The notes: a model not told the origin generated them from the sequence alone. A DNA stretch of 64,000 nucleotides from an uncultured Gemmatimonadales bacterium (GCA_963850905.1 CAWKMU010000003.1:2560001-2624000), one strand, 5' to 3'. Positions 54,016 through 63,434 are shown, counted from the first letter of the stretch. Numbers and translations are program-made.

Positions 54016-56577
54016 TCACTGGCCACGCAGGGCGCGGACGGCGTCGACCGTTGCCGCGCGGCGGGCAGGCATGTACGCCGCAAGGCCCGCGACCGCGATC
54101 AAGACTGTCACACCAGCCACGAGGGTCACCGGATCGAGCGGGGATACCCGGTACAGGAGCGCGCTGATCGAGCGCCCGAGCAGCGCCGCGGCAGCGATGC
54201 CGAGGACCGATCCGATGGCCGCGAGTCCAACCGCCTCGCCGAGGATCAACCGGAGGATCCCGCGAGAAGACGCGCCGAGCGCCAGGCGAATGCTGACTTC
54301 TTTGGTGCGGGCACGGGCGAGGTGGCTCATGACGCCGAAGATGCCGACGGCCGCGAGCGCGAGGGCAATGCTCGCAAAGGCGCCAAGCACGGCGAGCAGC
54401 ACGCGCGGCGCGCGCGTCAATGCAGCGAGCAGCTCATCGAGCGTCGCCGCGGACGCGATTGGCTCCGCCGCATTGACCGCGCCGATCTCGTGCCGTACGG
54501 GAGTCAGCAGCGTCCGGGGCAATGCGGCGGCGCGCATGACGAACACCACGCCGCCGGTCGGATTCTGTGCGTACGGGATGTAGAGCTCCGGGGCGGGGGG
54601 TTGGTCGAGCTCCTGGTCATGGACGTCGCCAACGACGCCAACGATCTCATGCTCCGCCGGATCGCTGGCGAACCTGACCGTGAGTCGCTGACCGACCGGA
54701 TCGGCGGTACCCCAGTAGTCGCGCGCGAATGCCGCGCTCACGATGGCGACGCGCGGGTGCGTGGCATCGTCCGTCGGGAGGAACGTCCGTCCGGCGCGCA
54801 GCGGAATGCCCATCGCGGCCATATACCCCGGCGTGACCGCGGCCGCATGCACCGTCGGCCAGACCTGCGCCGACCCGAGCGGACGTCCGCGGATCTCGAA
54901 GGAGGCCTGCGCCGGCCCAATGACGCCGCCGAATGGCAGGGCCGTCGTCAGTCCAGCGCGCCGGACACCCGGGATCGTCGAGAGCCGATCCTCCACCGTG
55001 CGCACAAAAGTCGCGCGGGCGCTGTCCGTCCGATACAAGGCCTCGGTCTGTAGCGTCACCGTCATCACGTTCGCCGGGTCGAAGCCAGGCGCGACCCGAA
55101 GCAGCCCTCGGACACTCTTCACGAAGAGGCCCGCGCCCACGACCAGCAGGAGGGCCAGCGCGACCTCGCTCACCACCAACGTCTGCTGCACTCGCCGGCC
55201 CTTGCGAGGACCGCGCGTGGGCGTCAACGCCAATGCGAGCGCGATGACTGCAGCGAAGAGCGCGCCGGGCGCAACGCGTAGCTCGTCGATGCGCGGGAGA
55301 AATCCAGCACCGAGCGCGCGCGCGCCGCGCATCGCCAGGACGGTGAGGCCGACGCTGACGGCCCACCCCACAGCGGCGAGCAGCGCATTCTCGGCCAGCA
55401 GCTGGCGCACGACGCGCCAGCGGCCAGCGCCCAGGGCAACGCGAATCGACAGCTCCGGCTCCCGCTCGACCGCGCGCGACAAGAGCAGCATCGTGAGGTT
55501 CGCGGCGGTCAGGAGCAACAGCAGCCCGACGGACGCAAACAGGAGCAACAGGCGTGCACGAACGTGGTCGACCAGATCCTCGCGCAGCGGTACGAGCGCA
55601 ACGCCAACCCCGCGGTCGGCGGCCGGATACTCCTCCCCGAGGCTTCGAGCTATCTGGTGCATTTCGCCGCGCGCCTGCTCGAGCGACACGCCCGGCCGGA
55701 GGCGGCCGATGGCGACGAAATACGCTTCGTTGCGGAGCAGCAGCTCGTCCGGCTGAGGGATTTTGGGGACCCAGATCCCTGGGCCCGGCGGGAATCGAAC
55801 ACCCGGGCCCATGACGCCGATCACCTGCGCTGGCTGGCCGTTGAGGACGAGCGTGCGGCCCACCAGCGTGGAATCCGCGTTGAACCGCGTCCGCCACAGG
55901 TCGTAATCGAGCACGACGACCCCGTCACGGCCGGGCCGATATTCGTCAGGCGCGAACGTTCGGCCTAGCATGGCCGGCGCGCGCAACGTCTCGAAAAACC
56001 CTTGTGTGACACGCCACGCGTGGAAGCGCTCGGGCCCCTCGGGTGCCGTGTACCGGACGCCGTATGGTTCGGCTGCCGCGAGTGCGACGAACGACCGCGA
56101 CCGATCGCGCCAGTCGAGAAGATTCGGCAATGAGACCGCGCCGCGCTCTTCGCCGTGCGTCGGATCGGTCTGGTAGATCGTCACCACGCGGTCGGCGTCG
56201 GCGTAGGGCAGCGGAGCCCACAGCACACCGTATACGACCGCAAAGATGGTCGTCGCGCTCGTGAGGCCAATGACGAGCGTCAGGACCACGACCGTCGCGA
56301 AGCCAGGCCGGCGCCGCAGCGCGCGAGCGGCAAAGCTCAGGTCCCGGCGCAAATCTTCAATCGGCTCGACACCGCGGATCCCGCGGAGCGCGTCCTTCAC
56401 GGCCGCGATGCGGCCGAATCGGCGCCGCGCCGTCGTCGCCGCGGTCGCGTCGTCTAGCCCCTGACGCGCGAGATCCTCTGCCTCGAGCGTGAGGTGCAGC
56501 CCGATCTCGTCATCCAGATCCCGCTCGGCTGCCGGCCGTCGGAAAACAGCGCGAAGCTTTCGCAGCATGCTCATCAC
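54016..56577 (-). CDS. ADOP-type duplicated MacB/FtsX ABC permease
   Basis: LDDEI..HL...ARRRFG prefix, two periplasmic/FtsX halves (SIRVALGA, SIRLALGA). Confidence 0.9.
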   Translation of the reverse strand: MMSMLRKLRAVFRRPAAERDLDDEIGLHLTLEAEDLARQGLDDATAATTARRRFGRIAAVKDALRGIRGVEPIEDLRRDLSFAARALRRRPGFATVVVLTLVIGLTSATTIFAVVYGVLWAPLPYADADRVVTIYQTDPTHGEERGAVSLPNLLDWRDRSRSFVALAAAEPYGVRYTAPEGPERFHAWRVTQGFFETLRAPAMLGRTFAPDEYRPGRDGVVVLDYDLWRTRFNADSTLVGRTLVLNGQPAQVIGVMGPGVRFPPGPGIWVPKIPQPDELLLRNEAYFVAIGRLRPGVSLEQARGEMHQIARSLGEEYPAADRGVGVALVPLREDLVDHVRARLLLLFASVGLLLLLTAANLTMLLLSRAVEREPELSIRVALGAGRWRVVRQLLAENALLAAVGWAVSVGLTVLAMRGARALGAGFLPRIDELRVAPGALFAAVIALALALTPTRGPRKGRRVQQTLVVSEVALALLLVVGAGLFVKSVRGLLRVAPGFDPANVMTVTLQTEALYRTDSARATFVRTVEDRLSTIPGVRRAGLTTALPFGGVIGPAQASFEIRGRPLGSAQVWPTVHAAAVTPGYMAAMGIPLRAGRTFLPTDDATHPRVAIVSAAFARDYWGTADPVGQRLTVRFASDPAEHEIVGVVGDVHDQELDQPPAPELYIPYAQNPTGGVVFVMRAAALPRTLLTPVRHEIGAVNAAEPIASAATLDELLAALTRAPRVLLAVLGAFASIALALAAVGIFGVMSHLARARTKEVSIRLALGASSRGILRLILGEAVGLAAIGSVLGIAAAALLGRSISALLYRVSPLDPVTLVAGVTVLIAVAGLAAYMPARRAATVDAVRALRGQ

Positions 56578-56900
56578 GCTGGTCGTAGTACCTGCGTCAC
56601 CGCCGCGACGAACGCAAGCCAGCCGCGCTCCTCGCGCGCCAGTGCGCGAGCGCCGTGCGTGGTCAGTTCATATACCTTGGCGCGCCGCCCCGTCTCCGCA
56701 ACCGTCCACTCCGCCGCGAGCCAGCCTTCGTTCTCCAGGCGGTGCAGGGCCGGGTACAACGATCCCTGATTCACCTGGAACACATCACCCGAGCGCTCGC
56801 GAATGCGCCGCGAGATCGCCCATCCATGTAACGGGCCGTCCGTCAGCGTGCGTAGAATGAGGAGGTCGAGGGTTCCCTGGAGGCGATCGTCCGGGCTCAC
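56574..56900 (-). CDS. PadR family regulator (Acidobacteria type)
   Basis: LQGTLDLLIL, HGWAI, GSLYPALHRLE, RRAKVY.LT..G. Confidence 0.92.
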   Translation of the reverse strand: MSPDDRLQGTLDLLILRTLTDGPLHGWAISRRIRERSGDVFQVNQGSLYPALHRLENEGWLAAEWTVAETGRRAKVYELTTHGARALAREERGWLAFVAAVTQVLRPA

Positions 56901-56907
56901 CTTGGCT

Positions 56908-56936
56908 ATTATTGTCGGCAGCCGACAACAAGTCAA
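56908..56936 (-). promoter_or_regulatory. padR promoter with palindromic operator
   Basis: TTGACT-17 bp-AATAAT; TTGTCGGC-n-GCCGACAA (56912-56928) within it; GTG 7 nt after the -10. Confidence 0.75.
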
Positions 56937-57442
56937 TGGACCCTCTCCTCTCCTTCTACCGCCGCCAGTCGACCGACGATCGCGGACGCACGCTCGATCA
57001 GGTTCGGGCGCTCGACGTGCGTGAGCTGGAGCGCGTCCACGACTACATCCAGTGGCTCTTCCCGTTGCCCGAACCGAGTGGCGCGAATCCAATGGCTCCG
57101 ACACTCACGCCAGAGGCGATCGCGGCCTTCCGCAGCGATGCAACGCTCCAGCGGGAGCTTCTGGCATCGTTTGCGCTCATGCTGACTTTTTACGGCTTCC
57201 GCGTGGCGCACGGCACGACGCGCATCGAGCGCGCGCCGAATGCCAGCAACCGCATCGCGGAGTGGCTCCGACCCGGCAACCATAACTTTCTGCGCCTGAC
57301 TCGAATCATGCGCTCGCTCAACGTGCTCGGTCTCGCCGAGTACGCGCGGTCATTCCTGGGCCAGCTTGAGCAGCTGTACAGCGAGCACCCGCAAATCGTC
57401 GGCGACCGAACGATCGGCTATTGGCGCCGCGCCGCCGGCTAA
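56936..57442 (+). CDS. Opioid growth factor receptor (OGFr) conserved-domain protein
   Basis: LE..HDYIQWLFP...S..NP.AP, ML.FYG, NHNFLRLTRIMRSL. Confidence 0.85.
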   Translation: MDPLLSFYRRQSTDDRGRTLDQVRALDVRELERVHDYIQWLFPLPEPSGANPMAPTLTPEAIAAFRSDATLQRELLASFALMLTFYGFRVAHGTTRIERAPNASNRIAEWLRPGNHNFLRLTRIMRSLNVLGLAEYARSFLGQLEQLYSEHPQIVGDRTIGYWRRAAG

Positions 57443-57459
57443 AGCGGCACACCCGACGT

Positions 57460-57525
57460 ATAGGCGACATCTATCAGCCTGGTCGAAACAAAGTATTGGA
57501 GTAACAATCGGAGCCCGAATAGCAT
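57460..57525 (+). promoter_or_regulatory. LysR-type regulated promoter, copy C
   Basis: ATAG-N7-CTAT-N11-AAACAAAGTA-TTGGAG-N18-TAGCAT. Confidence 0.75.
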
Positions 57526-57573
57526 GTGTCAGATCACCCGCCGCACCTGTCCGCCGACATGCAGGGAGGCACC

Positions 57574-58062
57574 ATGACTACTTGGGATCTCAGGCGACCG
57601 ATCGTCCGCGCGATGGCATGCGCGGTGGTCGGTATGCTCAGCCTTTCGGCAATCGTGATAGCACAGACTCCGTCAGGGGTGCGCTGTGCTGATGGGGCCG
57701 TCGTTACCACAGTTGCGATCTGCAACCAGTTGCACCATGGCGTCGCGAAAGTCGATGCACGCATGATGCCGTATGGGGGCGGCGCTCAGACTTCAACGCC
57801 GCCCGACACGAGTAAGCACACGGGTTCGATGGAGATCAACGGCTTCAGCCAGGGGGTGGGGCGACAGCTAAACGCGACGACCTCGCCTACGCCGTCCAGC
57901 ATCGGTGGGATACCAGCGGGAAGCACCGTGCCGCTGGTGAAGCCGCCCAGCGGCAACTCCGGCGGGATGCCTGCGCCGACGGGGCAGGTGTCTCTGCCGC
58001 CCGGAGTCGTCATACCGCCGCCCGACACCACGACGAAGCAACCCAAGGGCAAGAGTCCGTAG
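57574..58062 (+). CDS. Secreted Pro/Ser/Thr-rich protein with CxDG...C..HHGV module and Hcp-like motif
   Basis: GGAGG RBS; signal ending VIA-Q; CADG..C..HHGV (DUF3761-like); DTSKHTGSMEINGFSQGVGR. Confidence 0.7.
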   Translation: MTTWDLRRPIVRAMACAVVGMLSLSAIVIAQTPSGVRCADGAVVTTVAICNQLHHGVAKVDARMMPYGGGAQTSTPPDTSKHTGSMEINGFSQGVGRQLNATTSPTPSSIGGIPAGSTVPLVKPPSGNSGGMPAPTGQVSLPPGVVIPPPDTTTKQPKGKSP

Positions 58063-58276
58063 CCGAGACAGAGAGCGGCGCCGGCAGCCGTTCGGGTCCC
58101 GCGTTCAGCGCGGGACCTGTTGGCGTTCAGGTGAACTGCCGATCACCCCGGTGGACGAGCCGTTCCTGATCGCTCCCTCCTTCACCAGTATTACGGGCAA
58201 CCCGTGTCAACGCCGGCTTGACGGATACGCCGAGGGTCGAGCCGCGTCCCTCATCCAACCCGCGTCGGGAGCTGCA

Positions 58277-58813
58277 ATGCGATCTGCCAGCCTTGGTGTC
58301 CTCACAGCATTCGGCGGTTTCACGTTGGTCGCGCTGCACGGGCCCGTCGGCAGTACCGGCCCGATCGCGCTCAGCCAGCACGCGTCCGTGAGCCAGTCGA
58401 TCGCGGAGACCCAGATCACGATCGAGTACAACCGCCCCGTCGCCCGCGGTCGTGTCCTGTTCGGTGGCGTCGTCCCCTGGGGCAAGACGTGGTGTCCTGG
58501 AGCGGATACCGCGACACGGCTCACTGTGAGTCGACCGATTCAGGTCAACGGCGCGACGCTTCCAGCTGGCAGCTACAGCATCTGGGCGATCCCCGACACC
58601 GTCCGGTGGACCGTGATCTTCAGCCGCGCGGCCCATGTCTTTCACATTCCGTATCCCGAGGGACAGGATGCCCTCAGGGTCACGGCCGCCCCTCGCGCCG
58701 CGCCCCACATGGAGACACTCGCCTTCTACTTCCCCGTGGTCGATTCCACGCGCGCCGAGTTGGTACTCCACTGGGGGGAGACAGAAGTGCCCCTGGCGAT
58801 CGTGGCGCCCTAG
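58277..58813 (+). CDS. DUF2911 domain protein
   Basis: SQ.A.VSQ.I...ITIEYNRP..RGR.LFGGVVPWG..W..GAD.AT, LPAGSYSIWAIP. Confidence 0.85.
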   Translation: MRSASLGVLTAFGGFTLVALHGPVGSTGPIALSQHASVSQSIAETQITIEYNRPVARGRVLFGGVVPWGKTWCPGADTATRLTVSRPIQVNGATLPAGSYSIWAIPDTVRWTVIFSRAAHVFHIPYPEGQDALRVTAAPRAAPHMETLAFYFPVVDSTRAELVLHWGETEVPLAIVAP

Positions 58814-58830
58814 GGCCGGCTCGAAGCCAA

Positions 58831-59346
58831 ATGATCCGGATGCGATCATGCTTGCTCGCCGTCGCGCTCGCCACGGTGATCCTTGTTGGGTGCGCCAAGC
58901 ACCCGCCGTCGCCTTCGCCGCTCCACGCCACACCCATGGTCGTAGCCATGTTGCCGGGCGATGCCAGCGAGCGATTGGCGAGGTCGACGACCATGACCAA
59001 ACCGCTTCGCGGAGTGATTCGCAACGCCACCGCGTGGAGTGTCTTCTGGGCGCGAGCCGCGCAGGAGTCCTCGGCAGCCCCGTTGGAGCTGCCGCAAGTC
59101 GACTTCAGTCGCGAGATGCTGTTAGTCGCCTGTGACGGAAGGCGCCCCAACGGATATCGAATCGAGATTCCGGGGGCCGCGCTCCGCAACGACACGCTGT
59201 TTGTATTGGTGCGCGGCCACGAGGAGGCCGCGGCAACACCCGCCGCAGCTTACTCCCCGATCGCTGTGGTACGAGTGCAACGGACCAATGGACCCGTCGT
59301 GTTCCGGCTCGATGAGCCGACGAGGGTCACGCGACCGGCGAACTGA
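58831..59346 (+). CDS. Lipoprotein with PrcB C-terminal-like domain
   Basis: LVGC lipobox; W..FW...P.VDFSREM...G.RP.GY.IEI...SP..VVRV. Confidence 0.65.
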   Translation: MIRMRSCLLAVALATVILVGCAKHPPSPSPLHATPMVVAMLPGDASERLARSTTMTKPLRGVIRNATAWSVFWARAAQESSAAPLELPQVDFSREMLLVACDGRRPNGYRIEIPGAALRNDTLFVLVRGHEEAAATPAAAYSPIAVVRVQRTNGPVVFRLDEPTRVTRPAN

Positions 59347-59460
59347 GCGGCGAACGCTCGAGACAGCTCCGAGGATCGGCGTGCGCCGGCTTGCGGGAAA
59401 TTCGCACCACACGGAATTTCCAGTCTAGCAGTTCGCCACCCTTTGATTTCGGATGACCTC

Positions 59461-59682
59461 ATGGCAGCTGATGAACCGGTCCGCATCGTTCTAACGCCCG
59501 ATCAACGCGAGGTCGTGCGTCGCCTTTCTGGCCAAAACATTGAGGCCATCGAGCTCACCCCCGACGCCTCCGACAAGAGCGGGGGCGCGTTGCGGCTCCT
59601 GTGGCGGTTATCGGCCGCGACCGGGATCCCGCGGCAGGCATGGTTCAAGTCGGAGTCGCCACCGACACCGAAGTCCGAGTAG
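59461..59682 (+). CDS. Small hypothetical protein upstream of kinase
   Basis: 73-aa ORF VRIVLTPDQREVVRRLSGQNIEAIELT..., 8 bp before the kinase ATG. Confidence 0.55.
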   Translation: MAADEPVRIVLTPDQREVVRRLSGQNIEAIELTPDASDKSGGALRLLWRLSAATGIPRQAWFKSESPPTPKSE

Positions 59683-59690
59683 CGCCTCAA

Positions 59691-60659
59691 ATGTCGACCG
59701 TCCCCAATGCCCGGGTGGCACCGACCGCCTCGACAGCGGAGTCGCCGACGGCCGACGCGAATCAGCTGACTGGGCGCCTCCTCGACGACCGCTACCGAAT
59801 GCTCAGGAAAATCGGCGAGGGAGGCATGTGTGTGGTCTACCTCGCCGAAGACACGACGAGCGGTGAACGCGTAGCGATCAAGGTGCTGCTGCCGACGCTC
59901 ATGGCCGATTCGACTTCCATGGCACGCCTGCGTCGAGAGGCGGCACTGGCCGGGCAACTGGCCCACCCCAACGTGTGCCATATCATCCGCCTGGGCGAGT
60001 CGCCGGACGGTTTCGACTATGCCGTCATGCCGTTCGTGCAAGGCGAACTGTTGTGCGATCGGGTGGCGCGCGCGGGGCACTTGCCGCTGAAAGTCACGGC
60101 TGGATTCGCCCGTGACATTTGCGCCGGGCTGAGTCTCGCGCACAGACTCGGCATCATTCATCGCGACCTCAAGCCCGAGAACATCATGATCGTCGCCGGC
60201 CCCGACCAGGCGGAGCGGGCCGTCGTGATCGACTTCAGCCTCGCGACTGCCGCAGACGTCCAGGCACTCACCACCCCTGGTCTGGTGGTCGGCACGCCGG
60301 AGTTCATGAGCCCAGAACAGCTCCGTGGACAGGAGGTCGACACCCGTTCCGACATCTATTCGCTCGCCTTCATGGTGTACGAGATGCTGACCGGGCGGCT
60401 CCCGTTCGAGGGCAGCACGCAGCAGGAGATCATGATCGCCCGACTGAGAGGGTCGTCGATCCCGATCCGCGCCAGACGTCCCGACCTCGATATCCCAGCG
60501 CCGGTCGAACGGGTGCTCGCTCGCGGGCTGGCGCACGACGCAGACGAGCGCTACGAGACGGTGGAGGCGTTCGGCGCCGCCCTGTCATCGGCGGCGGCCG
60601 GGAAGGATTCCGAAGGCAACACCGTGTTGGGTTGGATCCGCGCCTCGGTAGGTCTGTAG
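59691..60659 (+). CDS. Cytoplasmic Ser/Thr protein kinase (DFS instead of DFG)
   Basis: IGEGGM, VAIK, HRDLKPEN, IDFSLA, GTPEFMSPEQ. Confidence 0.9.
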   Translation: MSTVPNARVAPTASTAESPTADANQLTGRLLDDRYRMLRKIGEGGMCVVYLAEDTTSGERVAIKVLLPTLMADSTSMARLRREAALAGQLAHPNVCHIIRLGESPDGFDYAVMPFVQGELLCDRVARAGHLPLKVTAGFARDICAGLSLAHRLGIIHRDLKPENIMIVAGPDQAERAVVIDFSLATAADVQALTTPGLVVGTPEFMSPEQLRGQEVDTRSDIYSLAFMVYEMLTGRLPFEGSTQQEIMIARLRGSSIPIRARRPDLDIPAPVERVLARGLAHDADERYETVEAFGAALSSAAAGKDSEGNTVLGWIRASVGL

Positions 60660-60907
60660 CAAGCCCTACGGTTGGCCCCCGAGCGGTGAGGGCCGCGGCC
60701 CGCGAACGGTTCCCGAAGACGTTCACCCCGCGATTTCGGTGATTCGCCCCTCGGCGATTGCTCGAAGGCCTCGCCGGCGGCACGCTCCGATTATCACAAC
60801 GAGCGCCCGGCAGTTGGTCTCTCCAATGGAGTCGCCTTCGGATGGGCCGAAGGCGCGGGAGCAGACCTCATTTGGCCTGGTCAGCCCTCAACGCGGGAGA
60901 AGCGAGG

Positions 60908-61099
60908 ATGCCGCAATTCGATTTCGAACTGATCGTCGATGGCGAGGCGGTGCAGCTCATCCGCGTTTTCAAGAAAACGTTCGACGAGGCGCGCATCGCC
61001 GCCGAGGAGAGTGCGGCGGACTACCGCGACTCGACAATGGGCGCATGTGGACCCTATTTGCTGGAGTTTATTAGAGAGATCCCCGTCAGCACTGACTAG
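60908..61099 (+). CDS. Small hypothetical protein
   Basis: 63-aa ORF with protein-like composition; weak RBS. Confidence 0.4.
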   Translation: MPQFDFELIVDGEAVQLIRVFKKTFDEARIAAEESAADYRDSTMGACGPYLLEFIREIPVSTD

Positions 61100-61344
61100 G
61101 AGCGCGACCAACCAGGCCGATCCCCCCGGCCTCAGGTCGCGTGGCAGTCAGGCGCCAATAACTGCCCGAGTCGGGTCGATAGTATTGCCGGACGCGAGGG
61201 CAGTATCTCGCCGGCCAGCCGGACCATCCGCTCCATGCAAACCAGCGGAGCCCTGGGGCTGTCTCACCACCGGTCGCGGGGCTCCGGCTACCTCCAGCGT
61301 GTGCCGAACCCCGAGGAGATTCTCGTCACGCACAGGAGCACAGC

Positions 61345-62313
61345 ATGCGCACGACACCGTCGATCGGTCTCGCGGTCGCACTCATAGCCTCGCCGTTCGC
61401 CATCACGGGATTGGCCCACGCCCAATCGTCGCCGACCGGTACGTGGGTGGTCCGACTCTATGAGAGTCGCGGTCCCGCTACAGTCGAACTCCGCTTCGAG
61501 ACGTGGCAATCGCGCAATGACCGGGACGAGACGAGCTCCGATGTGCTGGTGACGACGCTCGTCGGCGTCACGACCGACCAGCTGCGGGGCACAGACGGAC
61601 CCATCGAATTCAAGGTCGTGCGAGACGCAGGGACGTTTACCTGCCAGGGACGCGGCGGGCGTGGCAGGGCAGCTGGTACCTTCGACTTCGCCCCAAACTC
61701 GGCTTTTCCGGCCGCTATGGGCCAGCGCGGGCTCGAGCGTCCCAGTGTCGAGCAGCAGTTTCAACTCGCGCTCTACGACATCGGCTACGCCTTTGTCGAC
61801 GAGATCAAGGCCGAAGGCTACCGATCGCCGTCGATGGATGACTTGATCGAAGCGGGCCAGCACGGGGTCGACATCGAATTCGTGCAGGGGCTCGACTCCC
61901 TCGGCTATCGACTTGGAGAGATGGGCTCGCTCGTCGAGCTACGCGACCACGGCGTCGATCCCCACTACGTGCGGGCGCTGGCCGCGCTCGGCTACACCAA
62001 GCTCAGTGCGCACGCGCTGCTCGAACTGCGCGACCACGGAGTCGACTCGCACTACATCAACGAGTTGAGCCGCGCTGGATTCGCCGGCGCGTCGACCAAT
62101 GACCTCCTTGCCGCGCGCGACCATGGCGTCAAGGGTACGGACGCGGCGGCGTTCAAAGAGATGGGATATGACCATATGACCATCGAAGACCTGGTCGATC
62201 TGCGGGACCACGGTGTCACGCCACAATTCGCGTCGCGCGTGCGCCAGGCCGATGGACACCTGCCTTCCGTCCGAGAATTGATCGAGCGTCGCGATCGGGG
62301 CGATCGGGATTAA
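61345..62313 (+). CDS. Secreted protein with helical L.(E/D)LRDHGV repeats
   Basis: AGGAG RBS; signal ending AHA-Q; RDAGTF.C.G and five ~35-aa HGV repeats. Confidence 0.8.
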   Translation: MRTTPSIGLAVALIASPFAITGLAHAQSSPTGTWVVRLYESRGPATVELRFETWQSRNDRDETSSDVLVTTLVGVTTDQLRGTDGPIEFKVVRDAGTFTCQGRGGRGRAAGTFDFAPNSAFPAAMGQRGLERPSVEQQFQLALYDIGYAFVDEIKAEGYRSPSMDDLIEAGQHGVDIEFVQGLDSLGYRLGEMGSLVELRDHGVDPHYVRALAALGYTKLSAHALLELRDHGVDSHYINELSRAGFAGASTNDLLAARDHGVKGTDAAAFKEMGYDHMTIEDLVDLRDHGVTPQFASRVRQADGHLPSVRELIERRDRGDRD

Positions 62314-62371
62314 ACACAGGGGTCAGGGGTCAGGGAACAGCAACGAGAACCGCAACGACAACGGCAACAGC

Positions 62372-62514
62372 GGGCGGGCTAAAGCCCGCCCCTACACGTT
62401 CCTGCGGACGGCGGTGTCAAAGGACTCGTCGACCTGCGCACGCGAATGCGCGTACGCCATCCCGATCACATGCGCTCCACGCCGACATGTAGGGGCGGCC
62501 TTCAGGCCGCCCCT
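62372..62514. repeat. Pair of GTAG-type REPs in opposite orientation
   Basis: GGGCGGGCtaaaGCCCGCCCCTAC (62372-62395, minus) and GTAGGGGCGGCCttcaGGCCGCCCCT (62489-62514, plus). Confidence 0.75.
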
Positions 62515-62541
62515 GTTGTGTGTGGCGGCTGTCTTTGCCGT

Positions 62542-63273
62542 TCACCTGGTAATCGTCAGCGGCGTCACCGACACGTGCAAGTTGTGATTGATGCGGATCC
62601 CGGCGATCCCATCGATCGCCAAGCTGCCTTTCGGGAGGGTGGCGACCGGCTTGTCGTTCACGATGAAGTGCACGGCATCCGGCGCGACATGGACGGTGAT
62701 CGCGTAGCTCGCTTTTCCGGAGGCATCGGCCTTGGGCACGTTCGGACTCGCGGTGAACTCGACGACCGTGCGCGCCGAGGCCCCGTCTCGGGCCTTGATC
62801 GCGTACATGCCGTTCCCTCGAACGATGAAGTACGTGTAGCGCTGGCTCGAGTCGGCGAGATGCTGCCCGCCGAAGATCACGCCGTACGCCTCCGGGTGAT
62901 GCGGCGCCTCCAGCTGGTCGATCTGCGTGTGCAAGGTGTAGCTCCCGCTGGCCGTGTCCGTCGCCTTGTAGAGGATGTGCGCCGGGCCGGTCTGCACTTC
63001 CCATCCACCGCCAGCGGCGGGCGTGTACTTGGCATCAGCAATCGACTTGGCCGCGTCGTCGGTCCGGCCGACATATCCGGCGGGCACGCCACTGCCATTG
63101 GCGGTCTGATCGGGATCCCCGTTGGGGGCCGGGCTCGCTGCGGCCGCGGCGGGCGCGGCTCCGGACGCCGCCGTATTGGTGCTTGCCGCGTTGTTGGCTG
63201 ACTGGCTGCCGCTGCATGCGACAAGCAGGGCTGCAGCGAGGGGGAGGGTCGATTCGAGCGAAAGGACACGCAT
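62542..63273 (-). CDS. Lipoprotein with beta-sandwich domain
   Basis: AGGAG RBS; LVAC lipobox; HPEAYGVIFGG, YTYF.VR..G, GIAGIRINHNL. Confidence 0.75.
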   Translation of the reverse strand: MRVLSLESTLPLAAALLVACSGSQSANNAASTNTAASGAAPAAAAASPAPNGDPDQTANGSGVPAGYVGRTDDAAKSIADAKYTPAAGGGWEVQTGPAHILYKATDTASGSYTLHTQIDQLEAPHHPEAYGVIFGGQHLADSSQRYTYFIVRGNGMYAIKARDGASARTVVEFTASPNVPKADASGKASYAITVHVAPDAVHFIVNDKPVATLPKGSLAIDGIAGIRINHNLHVSVTPLTITR

Positions 63274-63434
63274 GGGAGAAACTCCTAGGGGCCGGGTGAC
63301 GGGCAGCGGGCGCCATCGCGCCCGAGAGTGTAGCGTAGCAGAAAGTAGAAAGTAGACAACTGCCGGGCGTTTGGCCGTTGTCGACCTTCGACTTTCTGCA
63401 GTCCTACTTTCTCGGGCGCAGAGCGCCCGCGCGT

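Noticed and set aside
55190..55260. Pseudogenisation of the ADOP permease
   Set aside because: The linker between halves looks shortened but the frame is intact; loss of function cannot be inferred
61140..61340. c-di-GMP-I riboswitch upstream of the secreted repeat protein
   Set aside because: GCAAACC is present but the GNRA loop and second GCAAA element are missing
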